Below the pieces are notes generated by a model. That model was not told the origin of the DNA, did not search any database, and saw nothing but the letters and a program-made list of their open reading frames with translations. A DNA stretch of 64,000 bases, from NCBI GenBank assembly GCA_965224085.1, contig CBDCYI010000005.1:384001-448000 (forward strand), read 5' to 3'. Source of the stretch: Candidatus Marinacidobacterales bacterium (lineage in GTDB: Bacteria > Acidobacteriota > Vicinamibacteria > Marinacidobacterales > SMYC01). Shown piece after piece: positions 9,655 through 20,061 of this stretch; the stretch's first letter is position 1, and each line of letters starts with the position of its first letter. A program made the translations under genes and the position numbers.

Positions 9655-9740
9655 TTACGGTTTGCACGAATGCTCGCTCTACAAGCATCGTGCCTCGCGT
9701 AACGCCGTGCTTCGCTCGATTCCTGCAAACCGCTATTAAA
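9655..9740. repeat. Terminal imperfect hairpin between the right IR and the kinase flank
   Basis: cggtttgcacgaat ... attcctgcaaaccg (13/14 complementary) with inner aagca/tgctt arms. Confidence 0.75.
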
Positions 9741-10037
9741 AAGGTCGAAGCCTTCGAGATATTCCATGACGATGTAGGGCTTTGCCACGCCGTCGAAATT
9801 GCCTAGCTCATGGATGGTGACGATGTTCTGATGTTGCAATCGTGCCGCGGCTCGGGCCTCGCGCTCGAAGCGTCGTCGAGAGTCCTCGCCGGCGAGCTCT
9901 TGCGCGAGGAGCGTTTTGATCGCGACGCGACGATGTAGCGACGTGTCGAAGGCTTCGTAGACCGCTCCCATGCCGCCTCGTCCAAGGCGGCGCACCACCT
10001 TGAATTTGCCGATTTTCAAGTCTTTGGTGAGATGCAT
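9741..10037 (-). pseudogene. Ser/Thr protein kinase, 5' part (subdomains I-V)
   Basis: [41 protein letters not shown]; homology stops at the element boundary. Confidence 0.92.
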
Positions 10038-10220
10038 AGGAAGCCGGCCCGCATCTCAGATTCTAACTCTCGGGAAGGGCTCGAATAAAGCTCGCGACGA
10101 TGGCTAGGTGTAAGGTAGTTCCTTGACACCGATAGCAACCTGTGTACTTATGTCCGCCGGGAGGCTTGTGTCTATGCTGGTGATCGAGGGATCGGGAGGT
10201 TTTTCTGAGGGGTCACGGCC

Positions 10221-11912
10221 ATGAGCGCGACTTTGCTGGCTGGGCTGGGCTTGAGCGCGCTCTTTCTTGGCTACCGCTTTTACTCCCGCTTCATTGCAGA
10301 AAAGATCTACCGGCTCGATCCTGATTTCACCACGCCGGCTCACTTCAAGCGCGACGATATCGATTACATCCCCACCAACCGATTCGTTCTTTGGGGACAT
10401 CACTTCACTGCTGTGGCGGGCGCCGCCCCCATCATCGGCCCCTCGATCGCCGTCGTGTGGGGATGGTTGCCGGCCTTCATCTGGGTGGTCGGAGGAACGA
10501 TCTTTTTCGCCGGCGTCCACGACTTCGGCGCGATTTGGGCGAGCGTGCGCCACGACGCTCGGTCCATCGGCGCCTTGACACGGGACGCGGTCGGCGCGCG
10601 GGCACAGCACCTTTTCATGATCGTTATTTTCTTTCTTCTCCTGATGGTGAATGCTGTTTTCGCTGTCGCGATCTCAGCCGCGTTGATGGCCTCGCCGAGC
10701 AGCGTGATCCCTGCATGGAGCGCCATCGCCGTGGCGCTCGTCATCGGTGTTCTGATCTACAAACTGCACACTTCGATAGTCTGGCCGACGATCGGAGGAA
10801 CGGTGATTCTCTACGCGATGATCTATGTCGGCGACCGCATTCCCGTGTCACTACCCGACACGTTCCTTGGCCTCGCGCCCGGCCCGACGTGGATTATCAT
10901 CCTGTTCCTCTACGCGATGATCGCTTCACTTCTACCGGTCTGGCTCCTGCTGCAGCCACGGGATTTCATCAACGGCATCCAATTGGCCGTAGGGCTCGTC
11001 CTCTTATATGGCGCGGTGCTCATAGCCAGCCCAACAATCGTGGCACCCGCCTTCAACACGGACGTACCCGGCGGAGCACCACCGCTGGTACCACTCCTCT
11101 TCGTGACGATCGCTTGTGGCGCCGTCTCAGGCTTCCACGGACTCGTTTCCTCGGGCACGACTTCGAAACAGCTCAACAAGGAGACCGATGCGCGTTTCGT
11201 CGGCTATCTGGGCTCGCTGGGAGAAGGCTCCGTAGCCCTCGTCGTCATCATCGCCACGACCGCCGGGTTTGCGACGCTTACGGAATGGCAGGGCCATTAT
11301 GGAGAGTTCGGCGCAGGTGGGATCCCGATGTTCGTGCTCGGTGGCTCGCGCATCGTGTCCGCCGGCCTGGGACTTCCCATCGAATTCTCCGCGACTCTCT
11401 TGACGGTCATGGCGGTTCTCTTCGCCGGCACGACGATGGATGCCGGCGTCCGGCTCCAGCGCTACATCATTCAGGAGTGGGGCGTCATCTACAAGATTCG
11501 GCCGCTTCAAAACGGCTATGTCGCCACCGTGGTGGCGGTCGGCGCTTGTCTTGCGCTCGCGTTCGGAGCCGGCGGCACGGGAGGTGCAGGTGGCATGCTG
11601 CTTTGGCCGCTCTTCGGAACGACCAATCAGCTGCTCGCTGGATTGACGCTTCTCGTCCTTAGCGTGCTCCTGGTCAAGCTCGGCCGACCGAGCCGCTACA
11701 CGCTCGTCCCGATGGTATTCGTTACCGGGATGTCCTTCATCGCCGCTCTTTTTCAGCTGGGAAGCTTGTATCAAGAAGGGAGCTACGTCCTTCTCGTCAT
11801 GGATTCGATGATCATCGTAGCGGCCATTTTCGTGATGCTCGAGGCCGCCTCGGCACTGATGGCAGCAAGAAGCGCACGTGCCAACCCGGCGGCCGCCGAC
11901 GCTAGAGGCTAG
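10221..11912 (+). CDS. cstA: Carbon starvation protein A family transporter
   Basis: GHHFTAVAGAAPIIGP, LFVTIACGAVSGFHGLVSSGTTSKQL, LWPLFGTTNQLLA. Confidence 0.93.
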   Translation: MSATLLAGLGLSALFLGYRFYSRFIAEKIYRLDPDFTTPAHFKRDDIDYIPTNRFVLWGHHFTAVAGAAPIIGPSIAVVWGWLPAFIWVVGGTIFFAGVHDFGAIWASVRHDARSIGALTRDAVGARAQHLFMIVIFFLLLMVNAVFAVAISAALMASPSSVIPAWSAIAVALVIGVLIYKLHTSIVWPTIGGTVILYAMIYVGDRIPVSLPDTFLGLAPGPTWIIILFLYAMIASLLPVWLLLQPRDFINGIQLAVGLVLLYGAVLIASPTIVAPAFNTDVPGGAPPLVPLLFVTIACGAVSGFHGLVSSGTTSKQLNKETDARFVGYLGSLGEGSVALVVIIATTAGFATLTEWQGHYGEFGAGGIPMFVLGGSRIVSAGLGLPIEFSATLLTVMAVLFAGTTMDAGVRLQRYIIQEWGVIYKIRPLQNGYVATVVAVGACLALAFGAGGTGGAGGMLLWPLFGTTNQLLAGLTLLVLSVLLVKLGRPSRYTLVPMVFVTGMSFIAALFQLGSLYQEGSYVLLVMDSMIIVAAIFVMLEAASALMAARSARANPAAADARG

Positions 11913-12274
11913 AGCATTCCTAGTTCAAGCTTCGCTGCTTCGGTCATCTTCTCGGGAGTCCAGACGGGCTCCCAGACGACCTCCACTTTCGCCGAGGTGA
12001 CCTCGTCGAGAGCGGCCACTTTGGACTCGACCTCGGGCGGCAAGGTGCCTGCGACCGGGCACGCCGGGGACGTGAGTGTCATGTTGATCGCGACGGCGCC
12101 TTCCTCGCTGATGTCGATGTCGTAAATGAGGCCGAGCGCGTAGATATCGACCGGGATCTCGGGGTCGTAGCACGTACGGAGCACGTCTTCCACTTTGTCT
12201 CGAAGTGTCGGCTCGCTCGCCGGCGGGTCGGTTGTTCCGGTTGCTTCTTTGTCGAGCTCTTCGTCTTTCATCAC
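11909..12274 (-). CDS. sufT: SUF system DUF59 Fe-S maturation protein
   Basis: YDPEIPVDIYALGLIY, MTLTSPACP, VWEPVW. Confidence 0.9.
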   Translation of the reverse strand: MMKDEELDKEATGTTDPPASEPTLRDKVEDVLRTCYDPEIPVDIYALGLIYDIDISEEGAVAINMTLTSPACPVAGTLPPEVESKVAALDEVTSAKVEVVWEPVWTPEKMTEAAKLELGML

Positions 12275-12275
12275 A

Positions 12276-12731
12276 TCACTCCGTCGAAACCGCTTCTTCG
12301 GCTTTTGCGAGCGCGGCTTTCAGCGTGTGCCATGCCAGCGTCGCGCACTTCACCCGCACGGGATAATCCCGCACGCCCCCGAAAACGGCGAGCTTGCCGA
12401 GAACGTCGCCATCAGCCTCGGCGCTTTGCCCGGTCACCAAATCGTGGAACGCGCCGAATATCGCTTCCACTTCGGCCTCGCTCTTGCCCTTGAGCGTCTC
12501 GGTCATCATCGATGCCGACGCCGTCGAGATCGCGCATCCGGCTCCTTTGAAACCGACATCCTGGATCACGCCGTCTTCGACCGCGAGGTAGAGCGTGAGC
12601 CGATCTCCGCACAAGGGGTTGTGACCTTGAGATTGATGAGACGCGTCGTCGAGCTCTTTGAAGTTTTTCGGATTCTTGCTGTGGTCGAGAATGACCTCTT
12701 GGTAGAGCTCGCGCAACTCGTCTGTCGCCAT
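12276..12731 (-). CDS. sufU: SUF system NifU-like sulfur acceptor
   Basis: LYQEVILDH, NPLCGD, GCAIS, RVKCATL; start MATDE overlaps the sufS stop. Confidence 0.93.
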   Translation of the reverse strand: MATDELRELYQEVILDHSKNPKNFKELDDASHQSQGHNPLCGDRLTLYLAVEDGVIQDVGFKGAGCAISTASASMMTETLKGKSEAEVEAIFGAFHDLVTGQSAEADGDVLGKLAVFGGVRDYPVRVKCATLAWHTLKAALAKAEEAVSTE

Positions 12732-13999
12732 CACCTGAAAACCTCCACCACGGTCTCGAGCCCCTGAACGAGGCGGTCGATATCGGCGCGCGTATTGTAG
12801 AGCGCGAGCGAAGCCCGCGCGGTCGCGGCAACGTTGAAGCGGTCCATCACGGGCTGGGCACAATGGTGTCCGGTGCGGACCGCTATCCCCTCTTGGTCGA
12901 GAATGGTGCCGATATCGTGAGGGTGGATGCCCTCGAGCACGAAGGAGAGGACACTCGCTTTGTGGCTCGCTTCTCCAATGATGCGAAGCCCTGGCACGGC
13001 TCGAAGCGCTTCGGTGCCATAGTCCAAAAGCTCTTCTTCGTAGGCCGCGATGGATTCCATCCCGAGCTTGTTCAGATACTCGATGGCTGCGCCGAGCCCA
13101 ACCGCCCCGGCGATGTTGGGAGTTCCCGCCTCGAAGCGGAATGGCAGCCGGTTATAGGTCGTCTTCTCGAAGCTCACGGAGCTGATCATGTCGCCGCCTC
13201 CCTGATAAGGCGGCATCTTCTCCAGGATCGACTCACGCACATAAAGAGCGCCGATCCCCGAAGGCCCGAACATTTTGTGACCCGAGATGGTGTAGAAATC
13301 GCAATCAAGATCGACGACATCCAAGCTGACATGAGGTGCGGCTTGGGCGCCATCCAACAAAACGGGGATGCCCCGCTCGTGGGCGATCTCGATAATCTCG
13401 TTTACTGGGTTGACCGTTCCTAGCGCATTAGACACGTGCCCGAGGGCGACGAGCTTCGTACTAGGGCCGATGAGCTCCTCGAAAGCATCCATGTCGAGCT
13501 CACCCTGGTCGTTGATCGGGCCCACCATGAGACGGGCGCCCTTCTCTTCACAGAGCATTTGCCACGGAACGATGTTCGAATGATGCTCCATCGTCGTGAT
13601 GAGCACCTCGTCGCCTTCGGAGACATTGGCGCGCCCATAGGTCTGCGCCACGAGGTTGATGCCCTCCGTGGTGCCACGAAGGAAGATGATCTCGCGCTCC
13701 GACGGCGCACCCAGGAATCGCTGAACCTTCAGCCGCGCGTTCTCGTAGGCTTTCGTCGCGCGCTGGCTGAGCTCGTGGACGCCGCGATGAATGTTCGCGT
13801 AGTCATGAGCGTAGAACTTCGAGAGCGCATCGATGACTTGCTGCGGCTTCTGGGAACTCGCGGCGCTATCGAGATAGACGAGCGGCTTGTCGTGGACCGT
13901 CTGATGCAAACCCGGAAAATCGCCGCGGACCCGATCGACGTCGAAATCGCGCTTCGAAGCGCTGCTCGTCGAGATTTCTGCATTACTGCTCACGGTCAT
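12731..13999 (-). CDS. sufS: Cysteine desulfurase (class II)
   Basis: LVYLDSAASSQKP, EHHSNIVPWQ, SGHKMFGP, RTGHHCAQP. Confidence 0.96.
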   Translation of the reverse strand: MTVSSNAEISTSSASKRDFDVDRVRGDFPGLHQTVHDKPLVYLDSAASSQKPQQVIDALSKFYAHDYANIHRGVHELSQRATKAYENARLKVQRFLGAPSEREIIFLRGTTEGINLVAQTYGRANVSEGDEVLITTMEHHSNIVPWQMLCEEKGARLMVGPINDQGELDMDAFEELIGPSTKLVALGHVSNALGTVNPVNEIIEIAHERGIPVLLDGAQAAPHVSLDVVDLDCDFYTISGHKMFGPSGIGALYVRESILEKMPPYQGGGDMISSVSFEKTTYNRLPFRFEAGTPNIAGAVGLGAAIEYLNKLGMESIAAYEEELLDYGTEALRAVPGLRIIGEASHKASVLSFVLEGIHPHDIGTILDQEGIAVRTGHHCAQPVMDRFNVAATARASLALYNTRADIDRLVQGLETVVEVFR

Positions 14000-14015
14000 G
14001 GCTGTACCTCGAAAA

Positions 14016-15392
14016 TTAGGCCGCGTCCTTGAACAAGAGCCCACGTAGCGCTTTTCGCACGGCGTCGACTCGAATCCGGTCGCTCACATCGGCCATGAAG
14101 CCTTCCGTGAGAATCTTGCGGGCTTCGTCGAGCCCAATCCCACGAGACCTCAGATAGAACAACGCCTCCGCATCGAGTTGGCCGATGGTGGCGCCATGTG
14201 CGCACTTCACGTCGTCGGCGTGGATCTCGAGCTGAGGATTGCTATTCACGAGCGCCTCCTTCGAGAGAAGAAGGTTCTTGTTCGATTGCTTCGCGTCAGT
14301 CTTCTGCGCATCCGCTCGGACGATCACGCGGCCGTTGAAGACACCGCTAGCCTCGTCGTCGAGAATACCTTTATAGAGCTCACGACTGGTGCAATGTGCG
14401 ACTTGATGGTCGATGACCGTGTGATGATCCACATGCTGGCTGCCCCTGACGACGTAGAGGCCGTTGAGCGTCACCTCAGCCCCATCCCCACCGAGCTCGG
14501 CACGGATGTCGTTTCTGGCGAGCGCGGCGCCGAGCGAGAGCGAATAGTTCGAGACCGAAGCACTCCGCTGCTGAGAGAGATCGAGGCTCGCCACGTGGAA
14601 CGCTTGCACGCTTTCGCGCTGCACTTTGTAGTGATCGACGACCGAGCCCGGCTGCGCGACGAGCTGCGTAACCGTATTCGTAAAGTAAATCGAGCCCTCT
14701 ACCCCGGCATAGGTCTCGATGATGCGGGCCTCGCTCTGCTCCCCGGCCACGATCACGTTTCGCGGGTGGTGGACGAAAGGCTCGCCAGTGGGCACGGTCA
14801 GGAACACGCAATGGATAGGCGCGTCGACGACGACGCCTTTACCGATGTGAACGAAGGCGCCATCGGCGACAAAAGCTTCATTGAGGTCGAAAAAGGCGGT
14901 CTCGTCCGCAGGGCTACGACAGAGCACAGGTTGGAGCTGTTCGGTCGAGTGCGACCAAGCGTTCTCGAGGTTCGAGACGACGACGCCGTCCGGAAGATCG
15001 GAGAGCGAGGACAGCTTTTGCGAGAACTTCCCGTTCACGAAAACGAGCTCGTGCCGAGAGAGTGCCTCGAGACCGAGGCTCGCAAGAAACGCGCGCGCTT
15101 CGTCTTCGACTTCAGCCCCACCGCTCGCGAGCTCGAAAGCCCGACTCGCGATAGCGCCCACATTCGTGAAACGCCAGTCTTCGTTCCGTGTCGTCGGAAA
15201 ACCCTTCTCGAGAAAACGCTCGAAGGCGTTTTTGCGCACGAGAGCGAGCCAGCCGGGCTCGCTCTCGCTGCTGCGCTCCGTTGAGCGCGCGAGAAACAAC
15301 GAGCGGAGCTCTGCTTCTAGAAACTCTGGTAGAAACTCTGGTAGAAACTCTGGAGAGGTTTTTGGCGAAGATTCTTGGTCGATCGTGGCCAC
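14016..15392 (-). CDS. sufD: Fe-S cluster assembly protein SufD
   Basis: EDWRFT, PQLEIHADDVKCAHGATIG, LFYLRSRGI. Confidence 0.95.
   Translation of the reverse strand: MATIDQESSPKTSPEFLPEFLPEFLEAELRSLFLARSTERSSESEPGWLALVRKNAFERFLEKGFPTTRNEDWRFTNVGAIASRAFELASGGAEVEDEARAFLASLGLEALSRHELVFVNGKFSQKLSSLSDLPDGVVVSNLENAWSHSTEQLQPVLCRSPADETAFFDLNEAFVADGAFVHIGKGVVVDAPIHCVFLTVPTGEPFVHHPRNVIVAGEQSEARIIETYAGVEGSIYFTNTVTQLVAQPGSVVDHYKVQRESVQAFHVASLDLSQQRSASVSNYSLSLGAALARNDIRAELGGDGAEVTLNGLYVVRGSQHVDHHTVIDHQVAHCTSRELYKGILDDEASGVFNGRVIVRADAQKTDAKQSNKNLLLSKEALVNSNPQLEIHADDVKCAHGATIGQLDAEALFYLRSRGIGLDEARKILTEGFMADVSDRIRVDAVRKALRGLLFKDAA
15318..15353. repeat. 12-bp tandem repeat x3 in the sufD 5' end (PEFL x3)
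   Basis: (tagaaactctgg)3. Confidence 0.9.
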
Positions 15393-15395
15393 GGC

Positions 15396-16154
<759 letters not shown>

Positions 16155-16160
16155 AGGTGT

Positions 16161-17615
16161 CTATCCAACGCTTCCTTCCAAACTGACTCCCAATAATTTC
16201 TGGGCTTCGACCGCGAACTCCATTGGGAGATTGCGCAAGACTTGCTTGGCGAAGCCGTTCACGATCATGGAAACGGCGTTCTCGGTGTCGATACCCCGCT
16301 GGTTGCAATAAAAAAGCTGGTCTTCCCCAATCTTTGCGGTCGTCGCTTCGTGCTCCATTTGCGCCGTGGGATTCTTGACTTCGATATAGGGGAAAGTGTG
16401 CGCACCGCACTTGTCACCGATGAGAAGCGAGTCGCATTGTGAGTAGTTGCGCGCGCCTTCGGCACCTTTGAGGATCTTCACCTGGCCGCGATAAGTGTTC
16501 TGGCCGTGGCCCGCGGAGATCCCTTTCGAGATGATGGTGCTTCTCGTATTCTTCCCGATGTGGATCATCTTCGTACCGGTATCCGCTTGCTGGTAATTGT
16601 TCGTCAGAGCGACCGAGTAGAACTCGCCGATCGAGTCATCACCGAGCAGCACGCAGCTTGGATATTTCCAAGTGATGGCCGAGCCGGTCTCGACTTGCGT
16701 CCACGAGATCTTCGACTTGACGCCCGCGCACTTTCCGCGCTTCGTTACGAAATTGTAAATGCCGCCTTTACCGTCTTTGTCGCCCGGGTACCAGTTCTGC
16801 ACGGTCGCATACTTGATTTCCGCGTGGTCGAGGGCGACGAGCTCGACGACGGCGGCGTGAAGCTGGTTCTCGTCCCGCATCGGCGCGGTGCAGCCTTCGA
16901 GATAGCTAACGTAGGCTCCCTCGTCGGCGATGATGAGCGTCCGCTCGAACTGCCCGGTCTCGGAGGCGTTGATCCGGAAGTAAGTCGAAAGCTCCATCGG
17001 ACAACGAACGCCTTTCGGTACGTAGACGAAAGACCCGTCGCTGAAGACCGCCGAGTTCAACGTGGCGAAGAAGTTGTCGCTATAGGGAACGACGGTGCCG
17101 AGATATTTCCGCACGAGCTCCGGATGGTCTTTGACCGCCTCGGAGAAGCTACAGAAAATGATGCCGAGCTCGGACAGCTTGTCCTTGAAGGTCGTGGCGA
17201 CGGAAACAGAGTCGAAAACGGCATCGACCGCGACCCCCGCGAGCCGCTCCTGCTCCTGGAGGGAAATACCGAGTTTTTCGTAAGTGCGCAGGAGCTCCGG
17301 GTCGACTTCATCGAGGCTCTTCGGCTTGGCTTCGTCACTTTCTTGCTTCGGCGCGGAATAGTAGCGCAGGTCTTGATAGTCGATCGGCGGATAGTGGACG
17401 TTCGGCCATGTCGGCTCCGTCATTGTGAGCCAATGCCGGAAAGCTTTAAGACGCCACTCGAGAAGCCATTCGGGCTCTTCCTTCTTCTCCGAAATGATGC
17501 GGACGGTCTTCTCGTCGAGCCCTTTCGGGATGGTGTCTTGCTCGATATCCGTGACGAAGCCATACGCATAGTCGTTGTTGACGAATTCTTTGAGCTTGTC
17601 GGTCGTGGTGCTCAT
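16161..17615 (-). CDS. sufB: Fe-S cluster assembly protein SufB
   Basis: [45 protein letters not shown]. Confidence 0.97.
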   Translation of the reverse strand: MSTTTDKLKEFVNNDYAYGFVTDIEQDTIPKGLDEKTVRIISEKKEEPEWLLEWRLKAFRHWLTMTEPTWPNVHYPPIDYQDLRYYSAPKQESDEAKPKSLDEVDPELLRTYEKLGISLQEQERLAGVAVDAVFDSVSVATTFKDKLSELGIIFCSFSEAVKDHPELVRKYLGTVVPYSDNFFATLNSAVFSDGSFVYVPKGVRCPMELSTYFRINASETGQFERTLIIADEGAYVSYLEGCTAPMRDENQLHAAVVELVALDHAEIKYATVQNWYPGDKDGKGGIYNFVTKRGKCAGVKSKISWTQVETGSAITWKYPSCVLLGDDSIGEFYSVALTNNYQQADTGTKMIHIGKNTRSTIISKGISAGHGQNTYRGQVKILKGAEGARNYSQCDSLLIGDKCGAHTFPYIEVKNPTAQMEHEATTAKIGEDQLFYCNQRGIDTENAVSMIVNGFAKQVLRNLPMEFAVEAQKLLGVSLEGSVG

Positions 17616-17744
17616 CCTATCCTTCTAGTGATTAATGCTCGCTCTCTATTGAACTCTGCGCCGAGCTCGCCCGGCGTGCTGTCGGCCCATTCGGGCCGGG
17701 GGAGCGTTGCGAGCGCAGGGCGCAGATGACTTTTTCAGCACCCT

Positions 17745-18221
17745 CTAGTCCTGGATCACAGGGAGCTTTATATCGTCCGCGATGGCGACATTCGTGCGTT
17801 CCCCGGCAAAAGAGGCGTGGTCGTCATCGCACATTCTGGCGATGGTCACGCGGGACAACATCAGGAGCACTTCGTCGTTGAGCCTTTGCAGCGGGCTCTT
17901 GATGGTGCAAGTATCGAACTGCTCGCATGCCCCCAGATCGGTGAGGCATTGGGTCAAAGACGGCTGCCCTTCGACGACCTCGATCACGCGCGCGACGGTT
18001 ATCGACTCCGCGGGCCGAGCCAAGCTGTAGCCGCCCTTCATCCCTTGGCGGGACACGACGAGCCCGGAACGCGTCAGTTTCTGAAGCACCTTGGCGAGGA
18101 GATCATGCGGCATCCCGTAAATGGTCGCCACCTCGCGGGCCGAAGAAGCACTTTCGTCCTGTTGCGCCAGATGCATCAGGGCAATCAGGGCATAGTCGAC
18201 TTTCTTGGAAAGTTTGAGCAC
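17745..18221 (-). CDS. Rrf2-family (IscR-like) Fe-S transcriptional regulator
   Basis: wHTH with G..GGYSLARP..I and three Cys (CLTDLGACEQFDTC); heads the suf operon. Confidence 0.9.
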   Translation of the reverse strand: MLKLSKKVDYALIALMHLAQQDESASSAREVATIYGMPHDLLAKVLQKLTRSGLVVSRQGMKGGYSLARPAESITVARVIEVVEGQPSLTQCLTDLGACEQFDTCTIKSPLQRLNDEVLLMLSRVTIARMCDDDHASFAGERTNVAIADDIKLPVIQD

Positions 18222-18235
18222 GTTGCAGCGCCTTT

Positions 18236-18350
18236 AATTAGGACTATTCTAGTCGGATATATAATAATACTCAGCGAACGCGTTGTCAAAGGCTAAGTGT
18301 CACCAGAATAGGGACATACAATATAGGACTCAACCGGTCCGATATATATT
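18236..18350 (-). promoter_or_regulatory. suf promoter with two IscR type-1-like operators
   Basis: taggactattctagtcggatat (18239-18260) and taggactcaaccggtccgatat (18324-18345); minus-strand TTGACA(18289-18284)-N17-TATTAT. Confidence 0.75.
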
Positions 18351-18386
18351 ATCCACGCCGGCGGGCCGCGTCAAGTCAATGAGGCG

Positions 18387-19985
18387 TCAGGAAAGGCGTT
18401 CAGCCAAACGCTCCAACTCGGAGGTGACGTCCGGGCCAAGATGGGCCCGCAGCACGCGTCGGCCGCGCTCGCGGAGCACTTCGAGATCGCCCTGGGCCTG
18501 AAATCGCGTCAGGAGGCCGAACGTGTAGCGCCGGCCCGGAATCTCGATATCTTGGTTATCGCCCGCAGTAATCTGGAGAAACACGCCCCGATTGGGGCCC
18601 CCTTTGTGGAACTGCCCCGTCGAATGCAAGAAACGCGGGCCGTATCCCAGGGTCGTCGCGACACGCCGCGTGTCCCGCACGCGCATCCGGATGGACTGAA
18701 GAATGGCATTGTTCTCCGGGCTCATATCGACATAGGCCTGGATCGCGAAATAGTCGTCGGGCTCGAGCTGGTCGAGGAAGGCGCGGAGCTCCTCCGCTAA
18801 CGGGAGGGCCCCGTTCTCGGCGGGAAGCTCGCCGGTCTCCTCGTATTGGTCCGACAACACGCGTGTCTTGACTTTGCTCGCTTCGACGTCGGGCTGATCG
18901 AAAGGATCGAGCTCGAGCACAGCGCCGAGCACGGCGGTCGCGAGCTCCCAGCGAAAGAATTCCTGGCCCAAGTCGTCGACCGAGTCGAGAACTATCTTTA
19001 CGCAAGGGTAGCCCGCGGAAAGCTTCAACGGATCGGAGGACAGTGCCAGGTGCACGAAGATTCGATCGTCCCCATAAACGGTCGGAGCCCCGAGCGATTC
19101 GAGAGCGACCGGGAGAACGCCCTTCCCGTGCTTGCCGGTCGACTCGGCGATGAGCTGCTCGAGCCACGCCCCAAAGGAACAGAGAGCCTCTGACGTCACG
19201 ATGGTGACTTTGTCACGCCCTTCGAGCGCGGCTACACCGAGAGCGAGCCCGAGCGCGAGCGCGGGGTTTTCTTCCGGCGCGACGCCGGGCCCACAAGCTT
19301 CGACCATGGCACGAGCACGCGTCAAAAAGGCTATAGGATCGAGCCCCATCACCGCCGCCGGCACCATCCCAAAATTCGAGAGGGCCGAGAATCGCCCGCC
19401 GATCTCGGGCTCTCCTGGAAAGATACCGCGATAGCCCTGAATGCGCGCGAGCTCTTCGAGCGCCGAGCCCGGATCGGTCACGGCGATGAAGCGTTTGCCT
19501 TCTCCCGATCCCGCAAAGAAATATCTCTCGAAAGCGTTGGGCTCCGACGTCGACCCGGACTTCGAGGCGACGATGAAGAGCGTTTCGTCGAGAGCGAGCC
19601 TGCGCTCGAGACTCAGAATCTGCGCCGGCACGGTCGAGTCCAAGATATGGAGCTCGGGAAATCCTGGCTGGGTCGGGAAGGTCCGGCTCAAAACGTCGGG
19701 ACAAAGGCTCGAGCCTCCCATACCGAGCACGACCGCATGACGAAAGCCAGCCTCCACGATGTCCTGTTGGAGCGCCGCGAAAGTCTCCGAGGCGGCGAGT
19801 TGACGATCGATGACATCGAGCCAGCCGAGCCAGCGACCCTCATTGCCTCCCGTCCAAAGGGTCGCATCCCGCTCCCAGAGTCTTTTGACTTTGTTCTTCG
19901 CCCGCCAGTCCTCGAACTGAAGCCGTAAGGCCGCATCGGAAGGACCGAGATCGATGGATTGCGAATTCGGTCGCGCTTCGGTCAT
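18387..19985 (-). CDS. pgi: Glucose-6-phosphate isomerase (PGI domain of the Tal/Pgi type)
   Basis: LGMGGSSL, ASKSGST, IGGRFSALS, EQLIAESTGK, PFDQPDVEASK. Confidence 0.85.
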   Translation of the reverse strand: MTEARPNSQSIDLGPSDAALRLQFEDWRAKNKVKRLWERDATLWTGGNEGRWLGWLDVIDRQLAASETFAALQQDIVEAGFRHAVVLGMGGSSLCPDVLSRTFPTQPGFPELHILDSTVPAQILSLERRLALDETLFIVASKSGSTSEPNAFERYFFAGSGEGKRFIAVTDPGSALEELARIQGYRGIFPGEPEIGGRFSALSNFGMVPAAVMGLDPIAFLTRARAMVEACGPGVAPEENPALALGLALGVAALEGRDKVTIVTSEALCSFGAWLEQLIAESTGKHGKGVLPVALESLGAPTVYGDDRIFVHLALSSDPLKLSAGYPCVKIVLDSVDDLGQEFFRWELATAVLGAVLELDPFDQPDVEASKVKTRVLSDQYEETGELPAENGALPLAEELRAFLDQLEPDDYFAIQAYVDMSPENNAILQSIRMRVRDTRRVATTLGYGPRFLHSTGQFHKGGPNRGVFLQITAGDNQDIEIPGRRYTFGLLTRFQAQGDLEVLRERGRRVLRAHLGPDVTSELERLAERLS

Positions 19986-20061
19986 CGCTCGGCTGCTAGT
20001 TTACTCCCGTTTCCCGAACCGGCACCGCTTTGTGTTAGCCTGGCGCCAGAAGGACTTCACG

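Larger units (their letters stand above)
6790..9740 (+). mobile_element. Integrase-associated IS91-like element (tyrosine recombinase + Y2/HUH transposase)
   Basis: Removing ~2950 bp rejoins kinase MEYLEGFDL|TSVIRKD in frame (boundary +/-1 nt); IRs ttgaactaagccgc (6790-6803) / gcggcttagttcaa (9641-9654); no target duplication visible. Confidence 0.9.
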
